Below are positions 36,585 through 49,085 of a stretch of 64,000 nucleotides of DNA, piece by piece. The notes beneath the pieces are model-generated. The model was given only the letters and a program-made list of their open reading frames with translations. It made no database searches and was not told where the DNA came from. Made by a program: the position numbers and the translations under genes. Location: assembly GCF_964188315.1 (NCBI RefSeq), contig NC_135656.1, forward strand, positions 106,826,001 through 106,890,000, written 5' to 3'. Source of the DNA: Podarcis muralis. Lineage: Eukaryota. Every line of letters starts with the position of its first letter. Position 1 is the stretch's first letter.

Positions 36585-38184
36585 TACCTGTGGATATTTG
36601 ATTTCATACTTGTAAACTGCTTAAGCCATTCTGGCTTGTTAGAGGTATTATCTATCAATCAATCAATCAATCAATCAATCTGGAAAGAACAAAGTTGTTA
36701 GTTTGTCAAGAGTGCTACAATCTGGGCCCCAATCTCCACTGACCTGAATGACTACCAGTTCCATACAATAAGAAGCTGGTAAAAGCCCTGTGTCAACTGG
36801 CTAGTTTCAGGCCATTAAAGAGTGCCAGGCTATTGTAATGGTTAGAGAAGGGTTTCCGAAACTTGGGTCTCCAGCTATTTTTGGACTGCAATTCCCATCA
36901 GCCCACTGACCCTGTTAGCTAGGGATGATGGGAGTTGTAGTCCAAAAACAGCTGGAGACCCAAGTTTGGGAAACACTGGTAGAGAATGGCTTGGGTGGGT
37001 GTTGCTCTTCAAATATTGCTGGGCTACAACTCCCAGCAACCCTGGCTGTTGGCCATGCTGGCTGAGACCGATGGGAGCGGGAGTCCAGGAACATCTTGAG
37101 GGCAACACATTCCCCTGTCTTGTATTAACCAGTGTTAGATTAGGACTGAGAAGGCTTTGGTACAAATCCTTGCTCAACCATGAAGCTGAGAGTGTTTGGG
37201 CCAGCATATCTAGACCAATATTGTCTACCATGACTGGTACCAGCAATCAGGCCAAGAGCTTTTGCAACATTTGCTACCTGATCTTTTAACTGGGCCTTTT
37301 CTGTGGTGGCTTTCCAGTTAAAATGTTCTTCCTGGAGAAGCACTCTTGGCACCATCAATATCTTTTGATTTTTGATTTTTAACTGGGAGGGTGGTTGGCA
37401 TTTCCTGTACTCATCCTTTAAGTAGGGTGGGTACAATTTGTCCCTTGAAATGTATTTCAGCTTTTGTTTATTGCTGTTTTAGTGCCTGGTTTGTTATTTC
37501 TATTTTTATTGGGCAAGTCGCCCTGAGACACACGAGTGCAAAAATGCAACAAACGAATAATAATTAGCAATATTAATAACTGGAGGTGCCTAGGACTGAA
37601 TTTGACATGTATAGCATCCCATAAGTGAAGCATTTGTCTGGAAAATGATCTTCGGCCCAGCTGCAGTCTCCTTTAATGGGATTGTGGCAGCAGCAATAGC
37701 AATGGGGAGGCCCAAGAATACAAAGCCTCACTTTTTCCTACTCTAAAGTGGAAAGACCACTTATTTGAGGGGGGGGGGCTAGGAAAAATCTCAGGGATCC
37801 CCAGATACATACTACATCTCCAAACTCCAGGTCCTAAGTCATGGACAAGAGCAACAATTTCTTATGTTTACTTTCCCTCACAATAAGGACTTGGGCTGTG
37901 TGTTGTCATGGCGACAGATTCCTTCCACCCTCTGAAGGCAAGGAAAGAAGGGGGGAGCAAAGAGGGTTAGGTGACCCCCCTTTTCCTGTGAAATTATTCC
38001 TGTGAAATTAGGCCCTCCCCTTTTCCTGTGAAATTATTGCTGTACAGGATGAAGCCATAAATACCACCATCCCTCACCATGCGAAGCCATTTCTCAGAGT
38101 TGGACAAGAGGTCCCAAATCAACATTGCTCTCAGCTTCTTAGAAAGTGACTATCCCGGTTTTTTTCAAAAAAACCACAACTTAC

Positions 38185-38241
38185 TCCTTTTAGCTGATGC
38201 TTCCATTGTCCTTGCTTTTGCTAATTCAGATATCATTGTCT
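38185..38241 (-). CDS. TRIM-C exon 6 (57 bp): ETMISELAKARTMEASAKR
   Basis: Acceptor ctctttctag|AG, donor GGA|gtaagt, phase 1-1. Confidence 0.8.
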
Positions 38242-38651
38242 CTAGAAAGAGAGAAGGGTTTAAGAATCAGGAATATTTACTCTTGCTGCTAAATAAAGGT
38301 GAAGCATTGGATATGATCTCAGTAAGGAGGCGAGGAAAAGGCTGTTGGCGCAAGAGATGAAATTATTTTATGTAATGTCACTTCAGTGGGGAAACTGGGT
38401 AGGCTGTGAGAGCTACAGACGCTGGTACTTAAGAGTGGTGCTTAAGCATGCCTGTTGCCATAGTTCTTTTTCAAGTTTCTAGCCCTCATGGGTGCAAGAC
38501 AACTGCTTCAGGGGAAATATGCAGTAGCACTCTGGTGAAAAGTCAGAAACCACAAAGCAGGTGAATCAGCAGAAGGTGACCTGCCACAGACTGCTGATGG
38601 ACATGCTCTAGCTACTGAGAGGAAAAAGGTGTATCACAGAATGTATTCTAT

Positions 38652-39003
38652 AGGTAAAGGTAAAGGGACCCCTGACCATTAGGTCCAGTCGCGGCCGACT
38701 CTGGGGTTGTGGTGCTCATCTCGCTTTACTGGCCGAGGGAGCTGGCGTACAGCTTCCGGGTCATGTGGCCAGCATGACTAAGCCGCTTCTGGCAAACCAG
38801 AGCAGCGCACAGAAACGCTGTTTACCTTCCCGCCGGAGCAGTACCTATTTATCTACTTGCACTGGCATGCTTTCGAACTGCTAGGTTGGCAGGAGCAGGG
38901 GCCATGCAACGGGAGCTCACCCCATCGTAGGGATTCGAACCGCCAACCATCTGATCAGCAAGTCCTAGGCTCTGTGGTTTAACCCACAGCGCCACCCGCA
39001 TCC
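38652..39003 (-). mobile_element. Sauria SINE
   Basis: Near full-length match to the other copies. Confidence 0.85.
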
Positions 39004-39297
39004 ATTAAATAATGTGCATCGGTGTAGCTGCTATAAGCAGAGTGATAGGTGATCTGGCCAAGGGGGCAAGCTTGTGTATGCCCCAAAACAAGGTCTCCTG
39101 TGTTATATGAGCTGTGAAAGGGGGATAAGGTGCGAGTAATAAGCATGGTACTTAGGAGACAACACAGTGCTGAAGTGCTCTGCACAGCCCTTTCATGGCT
39201 CTTGCCTAAAAACTCCATTTCTGTTCTTCTTCTCCACCCACCTCTCCATCGCTCTTGCTCCTACCACATTACTTGCTTTCAACCAATCATATATTTA

Positions 39298-39646
39298 AAG
39301 GTAAAGGGACCCCTGACCATTAGGTCCAGTCGTGACCGACTCTGGGGTTGCGGTGCTCATCTCGCTTTATTGGCCAAGGGAGCCAGCATACAGCTTCCGG
39401 GTCATGTGGCCAGCATGACTAAGCCGCTTCTGGCAAACCAGAGCAGCACACGGAAACGCCGTTTACCTTCCCGCTGGAGCAGTACCTATTTATCTACTTG
39501 CATTTTGACGTGCTTTAGAACTGCTAGGTTGGCAGGAGCAGGGACCAAGTAACGGGAGCTCACCCCGTTGCAAGGATTCGAACCGCCAACCTTCTGATCG
39601 GTAAGTCCTAGGCTCTGTGGTTTAACCCACAGCGCCACCCGCGTCC
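39298..39646 (-). mobile_element. Sauria SINE
   Basis: Full length; caatcata-type TSD. Confidence 0.85.
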
Positions 39647-39992
39647 CAATCATATATTTACTGGACATAAAATTGGTACTTTTTTTTCAAGCAGAAACCG
39701 CATTGCTCATGTCCACATGTCTGCGAACTGCATTGTTGGATCTGAAGACAAAAGGAAGTTGTATCCCACATAGCACTAAGTTAAAGTCACTTAGAAGTAT
39801 ACTTGCTCCACTGGTGAAATCTTTCGCACCAGCAGAATGCACCAGCAGGTTGCTGTTAACTGTGTTGCAGAGCAGATCATGCAATTTGCACTAGTGGACA
39901 GAGAACATTAGATGTACGGAAATTCAGCCCAAAGTATGGAGATCCTCATGTATTTTACACGGTCCTAAGCTATCCTTTGTCCTTCTTGGTAC

Positions 39993-40117
39993 CTCGACAT
40001 TTCTCCAGTGCCTCCTTGATAACAATATTTTTCAGACTGAAATGCCCAAGTTTCTTTTCCAGCTCAGTCGGAGAGGAAGCAATTTCCGCCATCTGTGAAA
40101 TTTGTCCTTCTTTACAT
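39993..40117 (-). CDS. TRIM-C exon 5 (125 bp): RCKEGQISQMAEIASSPTELEKKLGHFSLKNIVIKEALEKCR
   Basis: Acceptor cattctag|A, donor GAG|gtacca, phase 2-1; 9 bp longer than the 116-bp paralogous exon. Confidence 0.83.
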
Positions 40118-40504
40118 CTAGAATGGGAAACATGAAAGCGTTACATTGTGGTCCCAGCATTTTCCATATGTGGTGAGAGCATTTAAGAGCTGCAAGCCCC
40201 CTTTCCCAAACTGCAATGTTGTGATGTTACAGAATGTTCGTAAACATTCTAACTTCTGCTGGGAAAGTTCCACCGCTTAGGGAATGTGGAAAGCTTGTTT
40301 TGATGTAGTACCCCTATGCCACAAAAGGGTAAGCTTTGCACATATGGCCCTGGGACAGGAAGGGGGAGAAAATGTGGAATTACTGTGTTTGGAGGGGCCA
40401 AAGAGGCAGGGATAAGCTAGGTTTTGATTAGAATGGATTTGAGGAAAGCTTTCTCAGTTTTTCTTATGCCGATAAAAAGTGAGACTTGCAAAAGTGCTAC
40501 CTAC

Positions 40505-40527
40505 CTGCTCAAAATGTTCCTGATGTC
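40505..40527 (-). CDS. TRIM-C exon 4 (23 bp): DIRNILSR
   Basis: cctccag|GACATCAGGAACATTTTGAGCAG|gtaggt. Confidence 0.86.
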
Positions 40528-40855
40528 CTGGAGGCAAGGGAAGAAAAGAACAAGAAGATCATTCTCACATTTATTATGCCATAAATATTGGCTGAAAGGC
40601 TTAGAAATTAGGAAGCAAATGGAAAGAGCACAAATATTTGTTATAGAATAAGTATTTAAAATCCACTTCTGCCACAAGAGTCACTGGGTATTTTTGTTAA
40701 GACCTCAGAGTTTCAGTCTGCTGGCCAAATAAAAAGGGACTTAACTTGCAAGGTTGTAAAGCTGAATGAGGAACTTGTGGGCATTAAATGAAAATGCAGG
40801 GCAGGGGAAAGGAAGTGCTTCTTCACACAGCTCATAGAAAACAATGGTACTCCCT

Positions 40856-41600
40856 TAAGGTTACCAGCTTTTTTTCAAAGAATTTTTTTTAAAAAGAAGC
40901 AATATCTTCTCTTCTATATTCTCCTCTGTCGCGCAGCCTTCCTCTAGGCCCCGGCCTGCTCTCTTGGGAGCGCTAGCTGCCATGGAGTAGGCTCAGGCCA
41001 GGCCTGGGCTCGGTCAAGTGCCCTTGTCCTCCTGGTGCTCTCCTACCTCTCCTCAGCGGTGGTGGCGGCAGCGGGGCAGCAAGGTCAGGGCTCCCCTCTT
41101 TTTTCTCCTTCCTCTTTCTCTCTCTCTTCCTTCTCCTTCTCCTCTCCTCCTTCTCCCTGCGTCGGCTCTGGGGTTTTCCTGGCCCCAGAGCACCATTGGA
41201 CAGTCGGCCGGGTGGCAAGGTGCTCTCGCTCCCGGCTCGATTTGGGAGTCAGCAGTTCCCCTAATCGATGCGCCAGACATCCCCAGTTCCCCCTCGGCAG
41301 CGGCAGTCTCAGCAGCCCGGAGCCAGCCTGGTAGCACAGTTGGTTCTGGCTGGCTTCAGGACCTGCCTGCTGCCGTGGCGCCTGCCGTTTTGCCACACCG
41401 GAATTCCCCATATGATGTGTCTTGTGCCATTGAACCAACCAGGCAACATTCATTCCCTACTAATCAATCTACAACACTTAAAATATAAATCCGGGGGCAT
41501 TAAATGAAATCTGGGGACATTCTGGGGACGGATTTTGTTCAGGGACCGATTTATAAATCCAGGGACTTTCCCCAGGAAACGGGGACGTCCGGTAACCATA
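40856..41600. mobile_element. Non-autonomous hAT element with GC-rich interior
   Basis: TIR taaggttaccag / ccggtaaccata; perfect 8-bp TSD tactccct. Confidence 0.78.
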
Positions 41601-41999
41601 TACTCCCTCCCACAGGGCACAGTGATGGAGTTAAAAGAAGATTAGCCAAATTTACGGAGAACAAGGCTACTGATGTTGCGCTACTGAGTTGCGCTGATGT
41701 CTGGCACTCAACAACAGCCTCCCATGGCTACTTTCTGGAGGTAGGAGTGGAAACACTTAAGCACGTTGCCCAAAATGCTGACCTCCCCAAGACTCAGTGG
41801 TTCCCAACCTTTTTTTGGCCATGCCCCACCTAGGCATCTCTAAAATCCTGATTGCCCACCCCTGCCCCCTGGTGACATATAATTCTTAGCATTCAAAATG
41901 TGAACTCCTATTCACATGGAGGAAGCCTAAAAGGCCATTAACTTGGTCTAAACAAGCTCCAATTGCCCCCCTTAAAAATCAAATTTCCCCCCTTAAAAA

Positions 42000-42365
42000 T
42001 GGAATATGCACAACTAGCGAAGCTGACCGGGAAAATCCAAAAAGACTGGAGTAAATTTATACATTATTTGAAAGACAATTGCAAACAATTAACAACCCTA
42101 GCAGGATTGACTTAAGAAGACTTGTAATGTTTGTGATTTATACCTTTTTATGTTTATTTAAAATGTAAAAAATTGAAATGGATGAAATGTAAGGAGGAAG
42201 AGGTACAAATGCAATGAAATAGATAGGAATTATGCTAGCCACAAGGCTGGGGGGGGGAGTCGAACAGCTCAAACAAGCAAAAATTTATTGTGAGCAATAT
42301 GGATATGTTTATATATTATGAAATGGAAACTTAATAAAATATTATTAAAAAATCAAAAAATCAAA
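42000..42365 (+). mobile_element. L1-clade 3' fragment inserted in a hAT-like MITE (41795-42394)
   Basis: EYAQLAKLTGKIQKDWSKFIHYLKDNCKQLTTLAGL; A-rich tail; host begins cagtggttcccaacc and ends ggaaccacgg. Confidence 0.6.
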
Positions 42366-42674
42366 ATCAAATTGCCCCCTTGTGGGAACCACGGCTCTAG
42401 AAGGATACCATGGTCGACAGTATCCAAAAACCATTGAGCGATCAAGGAGAATGAGCAGGAATTTGTTTCAAAACGGGAGGTTTTCAAAGAATATTTGAAA
42501 AATAAATATAGTAGTTAAATTCTGTTGCAGCATTCGGGGAACTTCAGTAATAGTTGCAAGGTAGATATAAGAAATTAGATATATTAAGAAAAAGTTTAAT
42601 ATGATAAAAGTGTGTATTGGCAATAAATAATATGAAATCGAAATATGGAATAGACGGGAGGTTGGGTCTTTAGT

Positions 42675-42982
42675 GTTAAGACCAATGAGTGCTCACTGGA
42701 AGGACAGATCGTGAAGCTGAGGCTCCAGTACTTTGGCCACATCATGAGAAGAGAAGACTCCCTGGAAAAGACACTGTTGCTGGGAAAGATGGAGGGCACA
42801 AGGAGAAGGGGGCGACAGAGGACGAGATGGTTGGATGGTGTTTTCGAGGTTACCAGCATGAGTTTGACCAAACTGCGGGAGGTAGTGGAGGAAAGAGGTG
42901 CCTGGCGTGCTCTGGTCCATGGGGTCACGAAGAGTCGGACACGACTAAACGACTAAACAACAACGACAACAACGACAACAAA
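42675..42982 (+). mobile_element. BovB (RTE LINE) 3' fragment
   Basis: KLRLQYFGHIMRREDSLEKTLLLGKMEG...KSRTRLND; (caa)n tail. Confidence 0.85.
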
Positions 42983-43157
42983 TAGGAGAACGACTCCTCA
43001 AATCCCTCTCCTAGCAAATGTCACAAACCAAGGAAGTTTCAGTGCATGCAACACAAATGAAACAAGGTATGGCACCTCTTTTCTTTTGGCTGTTTCTGCA
43101 TTTTTGGCTTTAGCGCTGAAACCCAGGAGAGGCAAGCAGCCCTCCAGAGAATCTCAC

Positions 43158-43388
43158 CTGCAGGAATTCACTGGCAGGCTGTTGGCACTTGTTCTCAACT
43201 TCGCTGATCAAGGCATCGAGGCGATCAATCTCCCCTGAGAACCTGCCGGATTCCACGTCTCTCCTGTGCACGATCTCCTTGTCAAACTTCTTCAGCATGA
43301 TAACCAGGAAGCGCTCAATTTTTTCCATGAACTCGTGGATCTGATTAAATTCAGACTCCACCTTCTGCTTCTCACTTTGTACATCATC
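43158..43388 (-). CDS. TRIM-C exon 3 (231 bp coiled-coil): DDVQSEKQKVESEFNQ...KCQQPASEFLQ
   Basis: Acceptor ccttacag|GAT, donor CAG|gtgaga; ORF 43110..43451. Confidence 0.9.
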
Positions 43389-44162
43389 CTGTAAGGAGCA
43401 GGAGAAGGGCCAGCCGGGATGGTGAAACAGCACAAGGAAGCGGACGTACAAATATCCCTGATGCTCTCACATTGGTACCCTAACCAGGGTTGGGTACCTG
43501 CTCAAAGGAATATAACGTAAGGCAGTTTCCATTGTTTCAGAGAGTCAGACTATTGGTGAGACTAGCTCAACACTGTCCACATTGACCAGCAGTTGGGTCT
43601 CTGGCATTTCAGCCAGGGGACATACTGGAGATGAAAGACCTTCTGTACCACTGTGCCAAGTTGATGGAGATGACAGGTTCAGTCTAACTGAATCATAGGT
43701 ACAAACAGACTGAACAGATAATGGTTCATGACATGTAAGAGAAATTTTATCCAGTTTATTAAGGCACCTGCCTCCTTCAACACCTGAAGAAACAGTCTTC
43801 TCTTTCTCCAGTGAGGTGGTGCAGAGAAATTTCCCTTGAAATTTCTCCAAAACAGTTTTTCCCCCAGTGCTTTTTTCACAACAGGGGGGAAAAAAATCTG
43901 TTTCATAAGTTCATTCGTAACAATGAACGGGTGCCATTTGCAAATACAAACATTAGGCAACCTGGGAAGTTTCAAAGTTTTCAGCTTTGTTTACTAAACA
44001 CAGCTGAAACAGACTTGCTAAGTTAGACCACCCTCTTGGGTTTTCCACAGCAGACTGAAAATCTTCTGATGCAAATTACTCTAATTTGCAATTCAAAATT
44101 TTCTAGAAAACCGTCATCACAATTTCCCACACTCCTGGTCCTTCTTGTAGACAAGCTCTCAC

Positions 44163-44258
44163 CTGATCAGCCTGCCTTCTGCACTCCAGGTCTTCTTTCA
44201 ATTCCTTCAGCTTCTCCCTCCGTTCTGTCAGAACTTTCACATGGGCGGCAACTTGTTT
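44163..44258 (-). CDS. TRIM-C exon 2 (96 bp): KQVAAHVKVLTERREKLKELKEDLECRRQADQ
   Basis: Acceptor ttttgtcag|AAA, donor CAG|gtgaga. Confidence 0.87.
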
Positions 44259-44539
44259 CTGACAAAAGAGAAATCTGAAAGTAATGTACATACCCTTTTT
44301 CTCATGTATGTTGTGATAAGTCACTTGACTTTCTGCTTAGCCAACTTACTTCCCCCTAGCGCAGAGTACTCCAGCCATTTTTTAAATTATGGGATGGATT
44401 CAGCATACTCGGGAATCAAAAGTCTTGTGTCTCTTGTAGGAAATGTATACTTTTGGGGGGCATTCTGCAATTTCCATTTTAGGAAGATCATTCTAAATGC
44501 TATTCAAATTATGGCCTAAGTCATAAGGCAAGTCATGTA

Positions 44540-44780
44540 CAGTTGTGCCTCTCTTTTCAAACAGTTTAGTTCTCAAACGTTTTGGCTCCCAAACAATGCA
44601 AACCTGGAAGTGACTGTTCCGGTTCGTGAACTATTTTTGGAAGCCTAACGTCCGACGGGGCTTCTAATTGGCTGCAGGAGCTTCCTGCAGGCAATCAGAA
44701 CCCATGCTTTGGTTTCTGAACGTTTTGGAAGTCGATAGGCCTTCCGGAATGGATTCCGTTGGACTTCCAAGGTACGACTG
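44540..44780. mobile_element. Tc1/mariner MITE
   Basis: TA cagttgtgcct...aggtacgactg TA. Confidence 0.7.
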
Positions 44781-44928
44781 TATTTGCTTGTTGTGTTTGA
44801 TTCTCCAGCTGTCACTGATCTGCCCCAAACTCCACACAAATTTCAGGCTTATCACTAGTCAATTATTTTCAAAATGGATTAATTTTTGAAAAGAATTTCA
44901 GCTCAGCTTTCCACCAGACAAGGCTGTA

Positions 44929-45143
44929 CAGTGGTACCTCGGGTTACATACGCTTCAGGTTACAGACTCCGCTAACCCAGAAATAGTGCTTCAGGTTAAG
45001 AACTTTGCTTCAGGATGAGAACAGAAATCACGCAGCGGCAGCAGGAGGCCCCATTAGCTAAAGTGGTGCTTCAGGTTAAGAACAGTTTCAGGTTAAGAAT
45101 GGACCTCCGGAACAAATTAAGTACTTAACCTGAGGTACCACTG
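44929..45143. mobile_element. Tc1/mariner MITE (CAGTGGTACCTC family)
   Basis: TIRs and TA TSD. Confidence 0.85.
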
Positions 45144-46891
45144 TATAGAAATTTTATAAAAGGGGGGGGGGGAGACAGATGTAAGATATCAAACAGTGTA
45201 ATCAGCTGTTTAACGTACCAAAACAACCCATAGTAACTGCACACGTTAAGTCTCAGAACTGACGTATGTACACCAGACAAAGAAGCAATAGGACAAAACA
45301 GCAACAAACTGGGAAGTGAAGATGGCTTTGGCCTGAAATGTTCTGTTCCTTGACCCCTTTCAGAGGATCTGTCAAAGACTGGGAAGACTGAACATTACAG
45401 AGGGAGCTGTGCATCCTGTCTAGAGAATCTTCCACCCCCTCCATGTTTTTCAGTTGGAAGGGACCCATGTTAAGGAAATGGTTTGTTATGTGTAAGCTGG
45501 ACATAAAAGGATTTATCTCTTCCCCTCACCCCCCCCCCCAATGAAGCTGCCGGGAGTACGAAGCTGCAGCTGGTGATCTCTCTTATCTTGTACCAGGGTG
45601 ATTCATCACGTCCTTGGATAAGTGGGTCTCCCACTCTCATTCCTCCGAACACAGAACTGGGAGAAAGGCGATGCAAATGCAAAACACTGAACAAGACTGT
45701 TACCAGGGGAAAGAGGAGACTGGAAATTGCTTGCTGTGAGAGAGACCTGAGACAGATTTGAGCCACAGAGACTCAAGAGTAAACTGCTAGCCCAGCTGTG
45801 CTTCTCAAACCTTTTTCGCTGGGCCACGTTTGCAGAATAAAAATTTCCTTACACCACACCTAATTTTCTATTTGGTAAGAAATATACTGGGAAACAAAAA
45901 AGAAACAACTCCTAGCAGTGCTTGATTTGTAGCACAGAGCACAACTACTTTATAACATAATCACACGACAGAAGTCAGAAGACAGAAGTCAGCGCTCAGG
46001 AAAACATATCCAGAAACGAAGAACGACAAAGAATCTAATAGCACCTTAAAGCAGGTTTTGGGAACCTTTGGCCCTCCAGATGTTTGCGGAACTACAGCTC
46101 CCATCTCCCCTAGCCATAGATTGCCATTCCGCAACATCTGGAGGGCCAAAGGTTCCCCAAACCTGCCTTAATTATTGCACAAGCTTTTGTGGACCACGTC
46201 ATCAGATGGCCAGAGTGAGATTATCAGGTGTCGTGTGTGTGGACAAGTGAGGGATTGTGAGGTCGGACCTGAGGCCGTAGTTTTCGAGAAGTCATGCACG
46301 TCATTAATTTGGTCATCTTTCAGGTACCCAAGACCCTTCCTGGTTTTTCTGCAACACATCCAAACATGCTCCCCCACCCCACCACCCCGGAAACTTTACT
46401 TCTACCTGCATATCCTTCCCATCTAGCTGCGGCTGGCACAGCTTGGGTGCTCCGGTAAGAACAAAAAAACATGCTAAGCAGAAGACTCAAGGCTGCCGCG
46501 CCTGGTGTGCATGACTAAGCAGAGGATCGCCATAGAAACCAAGACTTGGAAGGGACCCTGAGGACAATCTAGCCCAGTGGTGTCCAAACTTTTTTCAAAG
46601 AGGGCCAGATTTGATGAAGTGAAGGGCCGTGAGGGCCAACTAACGTTGCTGACCTTTTTTTAGGGTTGAAGTTGCTTTTTTTAGGATTTTACCCCAGGAA
46701 ATAAACTGCCAAAGGGGCCCTGAATTAAACCAACCGGCGGGCCAGATTAGGCCCCCCAAAATGGACTTTGCACATGACTGATCTAACCCAACCCCCTGCC
46801 ATGCAGGAATAACGGAATGAGCATTGAATTTTAATATTTTGCTGGACGCCATCCAGAGTAGATGAGGAAACCCACCCAGATGAGCAAGGTA

Positions 46892-46940
<49 letters not shown>

Positions 46941-46943
46941 TTC

Positions 46944-47110
46944 CAGTAGTACCTACGCTTCAGGTTACAGACTCCGCTAACCCAGCAATAGTACCTCGGG
47001 TTAAGAACTTTGCTTCAGGATGAGAACAGAAATTGAGCGGTGGCGGGAGGCCTCATTAGCTAAAGTGGTACCTCAGGTTGAGAACAGTTTCAGGTTAAGA
47101 GGTACCACTG
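46944..47110. mobile_element. Internally deleted CAGTGGTACCTC MITE
   Basis: Family body and right TIR. Confidence 0.7.
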
Positions 47111-47238
47111 TAAATCCAATCTCATTTGGAAGGTGTTTTTGAAAAGTATTGCAAAGTATCAAAAAGCGCATTCTGTGTGCATATATTTTTAGATCCTTTA
47201 ATAATGATAATAATAATTTATTATTTATACCCCGCCCA

Positions 47239-47607
47239 TTCTTAACCCGAGGTACCACTGTAGTATTATTATTATTATGGGGAACAGGGCGGTGGGCTGC
47301 TTTTGCCTCCCCATTTTCTCCCCATTTTTGCTTCCAATTAAGTTCTTTACCCGAGGTACCACTGTAGTATTATTATGATGATGGGGAACAGGGCGGTGGG
47401 CTGCTTTTGCCTCCCCATTTCTCCCTCCAATTAAGTTCTTAACCCGAGGTACCACTGTAGTATTATTATTATGGGGAACAGGGCGGTGGGCTGCTTTTGC
47501 CTCCCCATTTTTGCTTCCAATTAAGTTCTTTACCCGAGGTACCACTGTAGTATTATTATTATTATGATGGGGAACAGGGCGGTGGGCTGCTTTTGCCTCC
47601 CCATTTC
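47239..47607. repeat. Four tandem copies of a ~90-105-bp composite unit (MITE TIR + (ATT)n + intron sequence)
   Basis: Unit ...acccgaggtaccactgtagtattatt...atggggaacagggcggtgggctgcttttgcctccccattt. Confidence 0.9.
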
Positions 47608-48400
47608 TGCCGCCCCCCAGCCAGCCGGCCGTCACCTTGTAGTCCTGCGCCGCCTCCTCGATGGGGAGCATGGGGTGGGCTTTGTGCGCCCGGGACTCCC
47701 TGCAGATGACGCAGACGGGCGTCTCGTCCTCCTCGCAGAAGAGCTTGAGGGGCTCCTGGTGCTTCTCGCACAGCCGCTGGCCGGCCAGCGTGGCGGCCGC
47801 GTCCAGCCGGAGCCGCTTGGCCACCTCCACCACGTTGCCCAGCTCCCGGTTGGGCCTGAAGCTCCTCTTGCGCGACCAGCGGCGGCACTGCGGGCACGAG
47901 GTGGTCTCGGCGTCCGCCTTGCCCCAGCACTGCGCGATGCAGGCCTGGCAGAAGTTGTGGCCGCACTCGATGGACACGGGCTCCTTGAAGTAGCTCAGGC
48001 AGATGGAGCAGGTGATCTCCCGCTGCAGAGTTTCCAGGGGGCTCTCGGTGGCCATGGCTGCCCGGCGATGGCAGGAGGAGGAGGAGGGGGAGGAGAAAGG
48101 GGGCGGCCCGCGGGGGGAGGACTGGTGAGGCTCCACGTGGCTTCCTGCGGGAGCCGCATTGGCTGCGCGGGGGCCAGAGACCCGGGCAAAACATTGCGCA
48201 AGGATGGAGCGGGGAGGGGGAAAGGACTCCTCCACCCCCACCCTCCGCCGCACTCGGATGCCGGACCACAACTCCCAGCATCCCTGAGCATCGGCCCTGC
48301 TGAGCAGGGGCTGATGGGAGCTGGAGTTCAGCAAATGCACTTTAAAAATGCGCAATTTCCCCAAAAATGCGCAAACGTTACGCCTCTGCAGTGCCGGATT
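47560..48400. promoter_or_regulatory. CpG island over TRIM-C exon 1/promoter
   Basis: GC/CpG-rich stretch by eye. Confidence 0.6.
47636..48055 (-). CDS. TRIM-C exon 1: RING + B-box2 (TRIM27/39-like)
   Basis: MATESPLETLQREITCSICLSYFKEPVSIECGHNFCQAC...CPQCR...CEKH...EEAAQDYK|gtgacg; gccATGg Kozak; 140 codons. Confidence 0.93.
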
Positions 48401-49085
48401 TACGTATCAGCTAAACAAGCTATATAGCTTAGGGCCCCACTCTCTTGGGGGACCACAAAAAAATTTAAAGGGGGGGGGGGAAACTAGATGTACATTTCCA
48501 AAATATAAGATAAAAACAAAGGAAATAAAACCTCCACACAGCAGCAGTGTTTTGTGTTGTGTAGGTTACTAGGATGTAGGTAGCTATCCTGCTCCCTAAA
48601 ATATCACTGGTTTGCTCATTTCTCTATACAGGTGAAACTCGGAAAATTAGAATATCGTGGAGAAGTTCGTTTATTTCAGCAATTCAGCTTCAAAGGTTGT
48701 TAATTTGGGATTTTCATCAGCTGTATGCCATGATCATCACAATTATAACAAATAAAGGCTTGACCTATCTCGCTTTGCATGTCATGAGTCTATCTCATAT
48801 ATTAGTTTCACCTTTTAAGTTGCATTACTGAAATAAATGAACTTTTCCACGATATTCTAATTTTCTGAGTTTCACCTGTATAGGGCACCTGCATTCTGCA
48901 TGGACTGGTTGCGTGGCAACATGTGCAAATGGCTTAGATACCTATTAGGTCCATAAATTACCACACAGCCTATATCCAACACAAAGAACAGTGACAATTT
49001 GTTTTTGACAAAGGACAGCTGGACATATAAAGAGCCCCAATACCTTCATTAGCTTAGGGCCTCATCGAACCTAAATCCGGCCCTG
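48389..49085. mobile_element. hAT-like MITE upstream of TRIM-C
   Basis: 13/14 TIR match; TSD cgcctctg/ttcctctg. Confidence 0.75.
48629..48878. mobile_element. Tc1-type MITE nested in a hAT MITE
   Basis: Long TIRs caggtgaaactcggaaaattagaatatcgtgg / ccacgatattctaattttctgagtttcacctg, TA TSD. Confidence 0.82.

Noticed and set aside
47239-47607. Repeat array superficially resembling CRISPR
   Set aside because: Eukaryotic context; whole units repeat with no unique spacers; derived from a MITE end and intron sequence
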